From positions 143,303-207,302 of the forward strand of contig NZ_JAGIAS010000004.1 of NCBI RefSeq assembly GCF_017744695.1: a DNA stretch of 64,000 nt, read 5' to 3'. The notes beneath the pieces are model-generated. The model worked only from the letters and a program-made list of their open reading frames with translations. It was not told where the DNA came from and did not search any database. Below are positions 30,623-39,482 of the stretch, in pieces (within the stretch, counting starts at the first letter, position 1; each line of letters starts with the position of its first letter). Source of the DNA: Dyadobacter sp. Its GTDB lineage: Bacteria; Bacteroidota; Bacteroidia; Cytophagales; Spirosomataceae. The translations under genes were made by a program, and so were the position numbers.

Positions 30623-31915
30623 TTAATAGTGGCACTTAGAACATTCCAAACCACCAATATCCGCAACTTTCAAAGCCTCTTTGCTTTCAGAAGCGTGCAA
30701 CTGTACCAGCTTATCGTAGTACTGATTGTCTTTGGTATTTACCTCAGTTTTACGGTGACAATCAATACACCATCCCATCGTCAGTGACGAACGTTGCTGT
30801 ATTACTTCCATTTTCTCAACTTCGCCGTGGCAGTTCTGACACTCCAGGCCACCCACGTTTACGTGCTGTGCGTGGTTAAAATAAGCCAGGTCAGGCAGGT
30901 TGTGAACGCGCACCCATTCGATAGGCTGGTTGTTCTCGATAGAAGTATAAATCTTTTGAATTTCAGGAGATTCCTTTTTGATAACACCGTGGCAGTTCAT
31001 GCAGATGTTAGCAGAAGGGATGTGTGCCGACTTACCGCGGTTAACGCCGGTGTGGCAATAGTTACAGTCGATTTTGTACTCGCCTGCGTGCAATTTGTGA
31101 GAGAATGAAATAGGCTGCTTAGGAGCGTATCCCTGCTGAACGCCTACATTAAACGCTCCGTCCAAAGTAGATTTCAAAACGAGCAGGACGAAGATCCAGA
31201 GTGTCGCAGAGCGGATCGCAGGATCAACTGTCAATTTCTTAAGAATACTACCGAAACCCTCGCCGGCAGCTTCCTCAGTTTCAGCACCGCCGCCTTTAAC
31301 AGCTTTCGAAAGAAGCGATACGATCACGAGCAGAACGCCTAGTACCAATACCATTACCACGACCAATGCAACCAATACGATCACGAACAGATCGGAAGGA
31401 CCGCTACCCTTTGCATCCCCCGCCGCAGCCGCAGGAGCTCCGGCAGCGCCAGCCGCCGCAGCAGCAGGAGCAGCACCAGCCTTGTCGACATAAGCGAAGA
31501 TCGCTTTGATATCATCATCCGAAAGGTTCGGGAAGCTCGTCATCTGAGCTTTCGAATACTCGTTGTAAATCTTGACAGCGTAAGGATCGCCGGAAGCGAT
31601 CACCGCCGAAGAGTTACGTACCCACTTGGTAAGCCATGCAAAATCGTGGCGGGAACTTGCTCCCTTCAACCCGGGACCAACCACACGTTCGTCTGTCGGA
31701 GCGTGGCACTGGGCGCAGTTGTTTTTGAAGATCGACTCACCTTTCGCAGCGTCGCCGCCCCCAGCAGGTGCCGCAGCGCCTGCGGCAGCAGTGCTATCCT
31801 GAGCAGATACTAAAGTGGGGACGCTTAATAAGATAGCTAAGAGGATAGCTACAAAGGTTTTTGAGTAATTAAAGAAGGAACAAAACTTAGCGTCCATTCG
31901 GAATGGTATATTCAT
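30623..31915 (-). CDS. actA: Alternative complex III multiheme cytochrome c ActA (6 CxxCH)
   Basis: CAQCH plus CNYCH, CMNCH, CQNCH, CIDCH, CSKCH; exact start uncertain (31915 or 31897). Confidence 0.92.
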   Translation of the reverse strand: MNIPFRMDAKFCSFFNYSKTFVAILLAILLSVPTLVSAQDSTAAAGAAAPAGGGDAAKGESIFKNNCAQCHAPTDERVVGPGLKGASSRHDFAWLTKWVRNSSAVIASGDPYAVKIYNEYSKAQMTSFPNLSDDDIKAIFAYVDKAGAAPAAAAAGAAGAPAAAAGDAKGSGPSDLFVIVLVALVVVMVLVLGVLLVIVSLLSKAVKGGGAETEEAAGEGFGSILKKLTVDPAIRSATLWIFVLLVLKSTLDGAFNVGVQQGYAPKQPISFSHKLHAGEYKIDCNYCHTGVNRGKSAHIPSANICMNCHGVIKKESPEIQKIYTSIENNQPIEWVRVHNLPDLAYFNHAQHVNVGGLECQNCHGEVEKMEVIQQRSSLTMGWCIDCHRKTEVNTKDNQYYDKLVQLHASESKEALKVADIGGLECSKCHY

Positions 31916-31943
31916 AATCAACTATTCATTATTCTTCAACAGA

Positions 31944-31974
31944 CAAAACTAGCTTACGATTTTTTATCCACAAA
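31944..31974 (-). promoter_or_regulatory. Housekeeping promoter of the ACIII/oxidase operon
   Basis: TTTG (31974-31971) - N19 - TAGTTTTG (31951-31944); a second TACTTTTG at 31978-31971. Confidence 0.7.
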
Positions 31975-32085
31975 AGTATTTCAGGGATATTTTACCCCAC
32001 CTTCTTATTTATAATTTGTCTAATTTGCTAGACCAAGTTAACAGGAGTTACAAAATTTTTAATATCTGATTTTCAAGCAACTAGC

Positions 32086-32139
32086 AAAAAAAATACCATT
32101 TGGAGCTCGTTCAAAAAGCTTGTTCCAAATGGTATTTTT
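32086..32139 (-). terminator. Terminator downstream of tRNA-Cys
   Basis: 16-bp stem AAAAATACCATTTGGA / TCCAAATGGTATTTTT. Confidence 0.7.
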
Positions 32140-32191
32140 CAGGCATTTAATTGTGTCCGGAATCTGGGGAAAATGACCACAATTCCAGGTG

Positions 32192-32262
32192 AGGTTCCGA
32201 GCGGATTCGAACCGCTGTACGAGGTTTTGCAGACCTCTGCCTAGCCACTCGGCCACGGAACC
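32192..32262 (-). tRNA. tRNA-Cys (GCA)
   Basis: Acceptor GGTTCCG/CGGAACC, anticodon arm GAGGT-CTGCAAA-ACCTC; TACTTTTG promoter element at 32319-32312. Confidence 0.97.
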
Positions 32263-32349
32263 ATTTCTAAAAATCAGCTGCCTGCACAAGGCTGGCAGCT
32301 GATTCCGGGTGCAAAAGTATTAAAAAATTCTTCCGCACCATATTTTATT

Positions 32350-34146
32350 TTACTTTTTTCCTTTTTTCTCGCTCTCTTCCAACTGCTCTTTCAAAGCAGA
32401 CAGAACGCTAAGGTCTCCGAAAGTAGATTTTTCTACTTCTTTGTTCACTGATTCCGCAGCAGGAGCTTTGGCAGCTTTTGCTTCTTTCTTTTCCTCAGCA
32501 GGAACACCTTTTACTTTAGAGTGAGTCAGAACGATCTTCTTCTCGTCTTTCAGGAATTCAAGAACAGTGAAGTCAAGGCTCTCACCTACCTCAGCAAATG
32601 TTCCGTCTTCTTTCGCAAGGTTTTTGATAGACGCAACACCTTCGATTCCGTAAGGAAGTTCGAGTGTAGCGAATTTATCACCTTTCGCAACGATCGTCGA
32701 TTTATGTACTGAACCTACTTCGAAAATGCTCTCGAAAGTATCCCATGGGTTTTCTTCAAGCTGCTTGTGGCCCAAAGCAAGACGACGGTTTTCTGCGTCA
32801 AGTTCAAGTACAACTACTTCCAGCTCGTCGTTTACTTTCACGAAGTCGGAAGGATGCTTGATTTTCTTAGTCCATGAAAGGTCAGAAACGTGTACCAGAC
32901 CGTCGATACCTTCTTCCAGCTCGATGAAGAGACCGAAGTTCGTCAGGTTACGAACAACACCTTTGTGACGGGTACCGATCGCATATTTCTCTTTCAGTGA
33001 ACCTTGAGTCCAAGGATCTTCGGTAAGTTGTTTGATACCCAGAGACATTTTGCGCTCCTGACGGTCAAGCGTCAATACAACCGCGCTGATCTCGTCGTTC
33101 ACATTCATGAACTCCTGTGGATTGCGCAGGTGCTGAGACCATGACATTTCAGAAACGTGGATCAGACCTTCAACACCTGGTTTGATCTCCAAGAAAGCGC
33201 CGTAGTCAGCAACGTTCACGATGCGACCTGTAACTTTCGATCCAACCTGGATTGACTCGTCCAGAGAATCCCATGGGTGAGACTGAAGTTGTTTCAGACC
33301 CAAAGAAATACGTTTTTTCTCTTCGTCGAAGTCGAGAACAACCACGTTCAGTTTCTGATCCAGTGAAAGGAGGTCAGATGGGTGGTTGATACGGCCCCAA
33401 GAGATATCCGTGATGTGCAACAGACCGTCAACACCACCCAAGTCGATGAACACACCGAAGTTGGTCATGTTTTTGATCACACCTTCCAGTACCTGACCTT
33501 TTTCAAGGTTGTTCAGGATTTGCTGACGTTGCGCTTCGAGGTCTTTCTCGATCAGGATTTTGTGAGATACGACTACGTTATCGTTAGCGTAGTTGATTTT
33601 CACAACTTTTACTTCCATGCGCTTTCCAACGAAAACGTCGAAGTCGCGGATTGGCTTCACATCGATTTGTGAACCTGGCAAGAAGGCTTCAATGCCGAAA
33701 ATATCAACGATAAGACCACCTTTGGTTCTTCTCTTAACATTTGCATCGATAACAACATCCTCGTCGAATGATTTCTGGATGTTATCCCATGCAGTGATAA
33801 CTTTCGCTTTTTTGCGTGAAAGTACCAGCTGACCTTGTGCGTCTTCCTGGTTCTCTACGTAAACTTCCACTTCGTCGCCGATTTTCAAACCTGGCAGGTC
33901 GCGGAATTCATTGGATGAAACGATACCATCAGATTTGAAACCGATGTTCAGGATCACCTCGCGGTCTGTAATACCTACTACAACACCTTTAACTACTTCT
34001 TTTTCCGAAACCGGAGAAAGGGTAGTTTCATACATTTGTTCCAGACGGCTACGGTCAGCTGATGAATAAGCAGTTCCGAAACCTTTGTCCGATGCTTTAT
34101 CCCAATCGAATTCGGGAAGTGGTTGATTTTGTTTTTCCTTAGACAT
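32350..34146 (-). CDS. rpsA: 30S ribosomal protein S1
   Basis: Six S1 repeats (GVIKNMTNFGVFIDLGGVDGLLHITDISW, etc.); TAATTTTG promoter element at 34243-34236. Confidence 0.98.
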   Translation of the reverse strand: MSKEKQNQPLPEFDWDKASDKGFGTAYSSADRSRLEQMYETTLSPVSEKEVVKGVVVGITDREVILNIGFKSDGIVSSNEFRDLPGLKIGDEVEVYVENQEDAQGQLVLSRKKAKVITAWDNIQKSFDEDVVIDANVKRRTKGGLIVDIFGIEAFLPGSQIDVKPIRDFDVFVGKRMEVKVVKINYANDNVVVSHKILIEKDLEAQRQQILNNLEKGQVLEGVIKNMTNFGVFIDLGGVDGLLHITDISWGRINHPSDLLSLDQKLNVVVLDFDEEKKRISLGLKQLQSHPWDSLDESIQVGSKVTGRIVNVADYGAFLEIKPGVEGLIHVSEMSWSQHLRNPQEFMNVNDEISAVVLTLDRQERKMSLGIKQLTEDPWTQGSLKEKYAIGTRHKGVVRNLTNFGLFIELEEGIDGLVHVSDLSWTKKIKHPSDFVKVNDELEVVVLELDAENRRLALGHKQLEENPWDTFESIFEVGSVHKSTIVAKGDKFATLELPYGIEGVASIKNLAKEDGTFAEVGESLDFTVLEFLKDEKKIVLTHSKVKGVPAEEKKEAKAAKAPAAESVNKEVEKSTFGDLSVLSALKEQLEESEKKGKK

Positions 34147-34320
34147 AAATAGGAATAATGGCCCTTCGATACATCAGCCGCCGGGCTAATCGGCTGAAAA
34201 TTAGTTCAACAAGTATTTTTTAAAAAATCAGGACGCAAAATTACGCGATTCGAAAGCAATATCCGAACGGTTGGGCGATTTAATTTTACGCAAGGGGAAG
34301 AAGGTGCCGTTTGGGTGTAA

Positions 34321-34580
34321 AATGGTCAGGGTTAGTCAGGTATTGTCAGGAAGTAGCGGTCCGCCGCGCGGTCAAGTGTTGTCGGGAGATAGTCGAACGT
34401 TGTCAGGTGTAGTCAGGAGGTGGTCAAGTATATTCAGGTATGGCCAGAGATAGTCGGGGAATAAAATCGGAGAAGACTTGATCCAGGTATCGAAAGAGTA
34501 CGTGTGACAACCAATGACTATTCCTGACCACACCTGACACCTCCTTCAACCTCCTGACAATACCTGACCACAAATAACAA
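34321..34580. repeat. Inverted array of degenerate 10-bp tandem repeats (GTCAGG arm / CCTGAC arm)
   Basis: GTC cores at 34325, 34335, 34345, (34371), 34381, 34392, 34402, 34412, 34423, 34453; TGAC cores at 34505, 34515, 34525, 34535, 34555, 34565. Confidence 0.9.
34356..34370. repeat. 15-bp GC-rich micro-insertion, copy 2
   Basis: GCGGTCCGCCGCGCG splits a repeat unit, AAGTA|GTCAAG. Confidence 0.8.
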
Positions 34581-34610
34581 CCCACAAACCGGTGCCATAC
34601 CGAACGGACG

Positions 34611-35120
34611 TTAACAGTGCCGCTCCTTCGATCCGAGGTAAGGCAGCCATTCATCATCGGCCATGCCTGAAAAATCACGAATGAACATTAAAAAAGAAGG
34701 CCGGAACGGTCGCTGCTTTAACGGCATGTCAACCTCTTCCGGCGTATGGTCTCCTTTGCGGGAGTTGCATCTTTTACAGGCGGTGGCCAAATTGTCCCAG
34801 GTGGTCTTCCCGCCCCTACTTTTCGGCAACACATGGTCCAGCGTCAGATTATCGTGGGTTCCGCAATACTGGCACCTGTTGCCGTCCCGCTTGAAGAGGT
34901 TTTGCCTGGTCATGACTACGCCCCTGTACGGTATATGTATGTAACGATGGAGGCGTATCACGACGGGCATGGGATACCTGTCGTTGACAGTCCTGAGATG
35001 CTCCTGCTGAGACTCGGCGAGCATTTCAGCTTTCTTCATATAAACCAGCAGAAACGCCTTCGGAACTGTGCAAACACTTAGTGCGCTATAATCTTGATTC
35101 AGAACCAGTACTTTACCCAT
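34611..35120 (-). CDS. HNH endonuclease family protein
   Basis: VLVLNQDY N-terminus; CQYCG...LTLDHVLPKSRGGKTTWDNLATACKRCNSRKG. Confidence 0.92.
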   Translation of the reverse strand: MGKVLVLNQDYSALSVCTVPKAFLLVYMKKAEMLAESQQEHLRTVNDRYPMPVVIRLHRYIHIPYRGVVMTRQNLFKRDGNRCQYCGTHDNLTLDHVLPKSRGGKTTWDNLATACKRCNSRKGDHTPEEVDMPLKQRPFRPSFLMFIRDFSGMADDEWLPYLGSKERHC

Positions 35121-35267
35121 GAGCCCTGTGGTAGTTAATTCCCACAATATAAGAATATTTCACCAGAAAAAACGCTCCGGTATTTTCAAATATTGTTGAA
35201 AGAATTTAACAGAAAGTCCCGAGGATCACTGGATTAGCACATTTTGTATATCAAACCCTCCGGGTGC

Positions 35268-35726
35268 TCAGTAACCCGCCCTGTCATTCTCCCGTTTTAC
35301 ATCTCGCTCTTTTATACTATCGCGCTTATCATAAAGCTTTTTCCCTTTGGCTAATGCAATATGCAGTTTCGCCAAACCACGGTCGCTCGTGAATAACCGG
35401 ACCGGTATAATCGTAAGCCCGACATCCTTCAAGCCTTCGATTAACTTCTTGCGCTCTCGCTTGGTAATCAATAGCTTGCGATCGCGCATGGGCTCGTGGT
35501 TGTAATGCGTGCCTTCGGTGTACGGCGAAATGTGTAAACTGCGGATAAACAACTCGCCGTCCATAAAAAGGCAGTAAGCATCCTGAAAATTAACCTTCCC
35601 CTGCCTGATCGACTTGATTTCGGTACCCGTAAGCACCATACCGGTCGTGAACTCTTCCAGAAAGAAATACTCGAATGAAGCCCGCCTGTTCCTTATATCT
35701 ACTTTTTTAACTATTTTTTCCGACAT
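35268..35726 (-). CDS. smpB: SsrA-binding protein
   Basis: NRRASFEY, GMVLTGTEIKSIRQGK, ALAKGKKLYDKRDSIKERD; TAATTTTG at 35763-35756. Confidence 0.98.
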   Translation of the reverse strand: MSEKIVKKVDIRNRRASFEYFFLEEFTTGMVLTGTEIKSIRQGKVNFQDAYCLFMDGELFIRSLHISPYTEGTHYNHEPMRDRKLLITKRERKKLIEGLKDVGLTIIPVRLFTSDRGLAKLHIALAKGKKLYDKRDSIKERDVKRENDRAGY

Positions 35727-35785
35727 ATCGATTCCCAAAATTTTACAAAGGGGCTCAAAATTAAGTTTTTGTTAAAACTATACCA

Positions 35786-36289
35786 ATGAAACGCATTAGC
35801 CATTTCCTGACACTGATTTTGCTCACGACCGCCATTACCTCCGCAGACACCCGTGCCCTCGCACAGGCCGCGTCCACAGTCGCCGGCTCGGTAGCGCCCG
35901 ACGCCGCAACCGCGCGTGAGACGGTCGACAAACTATTCACCGGCATGCGCAACGGCGATTCAACTGCCGTCAGGAGCGTATTTACCAAAACTGCCGCATT
36001 GACTTCCATTTCCAAGAACGCCGCCGATTCGGTCGTTACCCATAAAGGAAGCGTCGACGGGTTCGTAAAAGCCGTTGGCACACCGCACAAGGAGCAATGG
36101 GACGAACGCATTTACGACGTGAAAATTTCCATCGACAGACCAATGGCGGTCGTTTGGGCGCCTTACAAGTTTTACCTCGGCGGCAAGTTCTCGCACTGCG
36201 GCGTCAATGTATTTAATCTCCTCAAAACCAGCGCCGGCTGGAAGATCAACGACATTACAGACACGCGTCGAAAAGACGCTTGCCCCTGA
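35786..36289 (+). CDS. Secreted NTF2/SnoaL-like fold protein
   Basis: Signal peptide; LFTGMRNGDS, MAVVWAPYKFYLGGKFSHCGVNVFNLLKTSAGWKI. Confidence 0.75.
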   Translation: MKRISHFLTLILLTTAITSADTRALAQAASTVAGSVAPDAATARETVDKLFTGMRNGDSTAVRSVFTKTAALTSISKNAADSVVTHKGSVDGFVKAVGTPHKEQWDERIYDVKISIDRPMAVVWAPYKFYLGGKFSHCGVNVFNLLKTSAGWKINDITDTRRKDACP

Positions 36290-36313
36290 TCCATGCATTT
36301 GAAACTATAAATA

Positions 36314-36350
36314 CAAAGCGGCCCGCCAGATAACCTGACGGGCCGCTTTG
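36314..36350. terminator. Hairpin terminator between convergent genes
   Basis: CAAAGCGGCCC / GGGCCGCTTTG. Confidence 0.65.
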
Positions 36351-36364
36351 CTAAATGCTATTGC

Positions 36365-37207
36365 TTATGCGAGCATATTCAGCAGGCTTGTCAATTTATC
36401 TTTCAAATCCTTGCGGTCGACGATAAAGTCGAGGAAACCGTGTTCCAAAACGAATTCGGCACTCTGGAAGCCTTTCGGCAGATCCTTACCGATCGTCTCG
36501 CGGATTACGCGTGGGCCGGCGAAACCGATCAAAGCTTCGGGCTCCGAAATGTTGAAGTCACCGAGCATGGCGTAAGAAGCTGTGACACCGCCGGTTGTAG
36601 GGTCGGTTAACAGCGAAATATAGGGCACTTTGGCCTCTGACAATTGCGCCAGGCGTGCTGAGGTCTTAGCCATCTGCATCAGTGAAAACCCTGCCTCCAT
36701 CATACGTGCGCCTCCCGACTTCGAAATCATCAGGAATGGGATCTTCTTTTCGAGCGAGTACGAAATCGCGCGGGCGATTTTCTCACCTACTACCGAGCCC
36801 ATGGAGCCGCCGATGAAACTGAAATCCATACAAGCGATCACCAGATCCAACCCATTCATTTTACCGTGACCGGTACGAACCGCATCTTTCAATCCGGTTT
36901 TCTTCATGGTCGACTTAATACGGTCCGGATACGCTTTGGTATCTACAAAACCCAATGGGTCGCCGGAAACAAGGTTGGCATCGAGCTCGATAAACTCATT
37001 GTCATCGAAAAGCAGGTTGAAATACACATCCGAACCCACTTTCTCGTGGTAGTTGCAATGCGGGCAGGTAAAAGCATTCTGCTTATGTTCCCTGGTAGGA
37101 GTGATTTTTTTGCAATTAGGACATTGATACCATAAACCGTCCGGCGCTTCACGCTTCATTTCAGTCGGTGTATTGATACCTTTTTCTTTCCGAATAAACC
37201 AGGACAT
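36365..37207 (-). CDS. accD: Acetyl-CoA carboxylase carboxyltransferase beta subunit
   Basis: Zn finger CPNC...[37 protein letters not shown]; TATATTTG at 37292-37285. Confidence 0.98.
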   Translation of the reverse strand: MSWFIRKEKGINTPTEMKREAPDGLWYQCPNCKKITPTREHKQNAFTCPHCNYHEKVGSDVYFNLLFDDNEFIELDANLVSGDPLGFVDTKAYPDRIKSTMKKTGLKDAVRTGHGKMNGLDLVIACMDFSFIGGSMGSVVGEKIARAISYSLEKKIPFLMISKSGGARMMEAGFSLMQMAKTSARLAQLSEAKVPYISLLTDPTTGGVTASYAMLGDFNISEPEALIGFAGPRVIRETIGKDLPKGFQSAEFVLEHGFLDFIVDRKDLKDKLTSLLNMLA

Positions 37208-37426
37208 ATTTGTATGTGGGTTGATTTATATATAATAATCTGAAAATCAGATAATTATTGAAGTTTCATGATAAATAACGGGCTCAAATATAACAATAAT
37301 TGTTGGGTATCATGAAAACTGCCTGGTAACGTGTCGGTTTGGCGGTTAGTTTTGCTGCCAGTAACGGCGTCGTTAGAACAATTTCAAACATTATTTGTTA
37401 CTAGTGACAAGAACATTAACCGGCAC

Positions 37427-37969
37427 ATGACTCCATCCACATCGCCTATAGTGATCATCGTTGGCACCAACCGGCCCAACTCAATGTCCAGGAAAATAGC
37501 GGAATACTATCAGGAAATCCTCCAACAACTGCACACCCCCAGCATTATCCTCGATCTGGTGAACTTACCCGACGACTTCACTGTCTCGGCACTATATGCC
37601 AATACCGGCAAGAATGAGGCTTTCAACAACCTGAAATCGTTATTGGAGCAGACCGACAAATTCGTCTTTATCGTGCCTGAATACAATGGCTCCTACCCGG
37701 GCGTGCTTAAAGCATTTATCGACGGGCTTCCGTATCCCAATAGTTTTTCCAATAAAAAGGCAGCATTGGTGGGCTTATCATCCAACATGCAGGGAGCGGC
37801 CATTGCGTTGAGCCATCTGAACGACGTTTTCAGTTACCTGGGCATGAATACGCTGGCGCTGCGCGTGAAGCTTGGGCAGATACGCTCACATTACAACGAA
37901 AATGTGATTTCAAACGCATTGTATAAAGAACTGCTCGAAATACAGGCCGGGCAGATTATCCACTTTTAG
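37427..37969 (+). CDS. NADPH-dependent FMN reductase family
   Basis: IVGTNRPNS, VPEYNGSYPGVLKAFID; TAGTTTTG at 37347-37354 supports ATG 37427. Confidence 0.9.
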   Translation: MTPSTSPIVIIVGTNRPNSMSRKIAEYYQEILQQLHTPSIILDLVNLPDDFTVSALYANTGKNEAFNNLKSLLEQTDKFVFIVPEYNGSYPGVLKAFIDGLPYPNSFSNKKAALVGLSSNMQGAAIALSHLNDVFSYLGMNTLALRVKLGQIRSHYNENVISNALYKELLEIQAGQIIHF

Positions 37970-37975
37970 CATATC

Positions 37976-38000
37976 AAAAAAGGGAGCTCTTCGCTCCCTT
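37976..38000. terminator. Hairpin between convergent FMN reductase and ftsZ
   Basis: AAGGGAGC / GCTCCCTT with A-tract (U-tract on the minus strand). Confidence 0.6.
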
Positions 38001-38004
38001 CTTA

Positions 38005-39444
38005 CTATTTCAGCCAGTGCTGTTCCATTTCATGTGCTGGAATCGCAGGACGCTTCCAGAGCTCTACCCTGCTTCGGCGGTAAGCCGGCCCTTCCAGGTC
38101 GGAGTATTTTACCAGCCCATCGCGGAAAGACTTCACCATCATTTCCATTTTCAGTGCATCTTCATCCGTCCAGTCGTTCGTCGGTTCGATTTCCGTCAGC
38201 GAAATATTGATAGGATCGAAGCCATGCGTCACCCTTTCATCTTCCAGGACGAGGTCGATCGAGCTGGTTGGGGTATTTTCTTCCAGTTCACCAGTTAATA
38301 CCAGCTCATCTTCCTCCACGGCAAGAGGAGGTAGCTCTTCTTTCGGCTCTTCCACCACTACGGGGCTTGGCTCCGGTTGCCCTTTGACGCCTTTAAGCTG
38401 AATACCTGGGATAGGCGACTCGATGCTATCGAAACCGGCCGCCACGACGGTCACACGCAGCTTATCGCCCAGTGAATCGTCGGTGATGGTACCCAGTTTG
38501 AACATACGAGCTTCGCCACCCACTTGTGAAAGCACATATTGCCAGATTTCGCGCTGCTCCCGCATCGTAGCCTCTTTTTTCTTGCTGGTCGCAAGCGTTA
38601 CGAGGATGCGCTTAGCACCGCGAATGTCGCGGTCGTTCAGCAACGGCGAATCCAATGCTTCCTTGATCGCATTCTGCGCACGGTCGGCTCCGGTGGATTC
38701 CGAAGTTCCCATTACAGACTGCCCGGCGCTTTTCAACACTTTCTCCACATCTTTGAAGTCCGTGTTGATATTACCGTTCGTGGTAATGATTTCGGAGATA
38801 CTTTTCACCGCATTGAGCAAAATGCCATCCGCTTCCGCGAATGCCTGCGTCAATGTCATATCCTCATAGAGTTCTTCGAGCTTGTCGTTGAGAACCACTA
38901 GGACCGTATCGCTATATTCTTTCAGTTGCTCGATACCTTCGAGCGCCTGCTCTTTCTTGTCCAATCCTTCCCAGGTATAAGGCGCTGTTACCACGGCCAC
39001 GGTCAGTTTGCCCATTTCTTTGGCCAACTGCGCGATCACCGGCGCGGCACCTGTTCCGGTTCCACCACCCATACCAGCGGTGATAAATACCATTTGCGTG
39101 GAACCTCCCAGGAGACCTTTGATCTCCTCGATTGTTTCCAAAGCCGCTTCCTTACCTTTGGTGGCATCGGTACCGGCTCCCAGGCCTTGTGTCAAAGTTG
39201 CTCCCAACTGGATTTTGACAGGTACAGGGCTATTTGCTAACGCCTGCCTGTCTGTATTACAAACCGCAAATTCTACATCTTTGATCTTCTTCTCAAACAT
39301 GTAGTTCACAGCATTGCTACCACCCCCGCCGACACCAATCACCTTGATGATAGCCGGTTCACCGTGGCCTTCTCCGTTTGGGTCTTTGATGATTTCGTTC
39401 ACTATATAGTCCTGATCTAATGCGTGCAACAAGCTATTGTTCAT
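38005..39444 (-). CDS. ftsZ: Cell division protein FtsZ
   Basis: IKVIGVGGGGSNAV, GMGGGTGTG tubulin signature, INTDFKDV. Confidence 0.98.
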   Translation of the reverse strand: MNNSLLHALDQDYIVNEIIKDPNGEGHGEPAIIKVIGVGGGGSNAVNYMFEKKIKDVEFAVCNTDRQALANSPVPVKIQLGATLTQGLGAGTDATKGKEAALETIEEIKGLLGGSTQMVFITAGMGGGTGTGAAPVIAQLAKEMGKLTVAVVTAPYTWEGLDKKEQALEGIEQLKEYSDTVLVVLNDKLEELYEDMTLTQAFAEADGILLNAVKSISEIITTNGNINTDFKDVEKVLKSAGQSVMGTSESTGADRAQNAIKEALDSPLLNDRDIRGAKRILVTLATSKKKEATMREQREIWQYVLSQVGGEARMFKLGTITDDSLGDKLRVTVVAAGFDSIESPIPGIQLKGVKGQPEPSPVVVEEPKEELPPLAVEEDELVLTGELEENTPTSSIDLVLEDERVTHGFDPINISLTEIEPTNDWTDEDALKMEMMVKSFRDGLVKYSDLEGPAYRRSRVELWKRPAIPAHEMEQHWLK

Positions 39445-39482
39445 ATTCTTTCCGGGGTTGAGTATGCGTGATGATATTCCTG

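Noticed and set aside
32040-32190. Possible att site or integrated-element scar downstream of tRNA-Cys
   Set aside because: No duplicated tRNA 3' end and no integrase; only a terminator and a weak inverted repeat.
34321-34580. CRISPR or TIGR-like guide array next to an HNH gene
   Set aside because: Units are 10 bp with only 4-5 variable bases; there are no 20-40-nt unique spacers, no constant long repeat and no cas genes.
34271-34678. ORFs 34271-34453 (+) and 34424-34678 (-) across the repeat array
   Set aside because: Products simply mirror the repeat (QVLSG...); no homology features; one overlaps the rpsA promoter region and the other the HNH stop.
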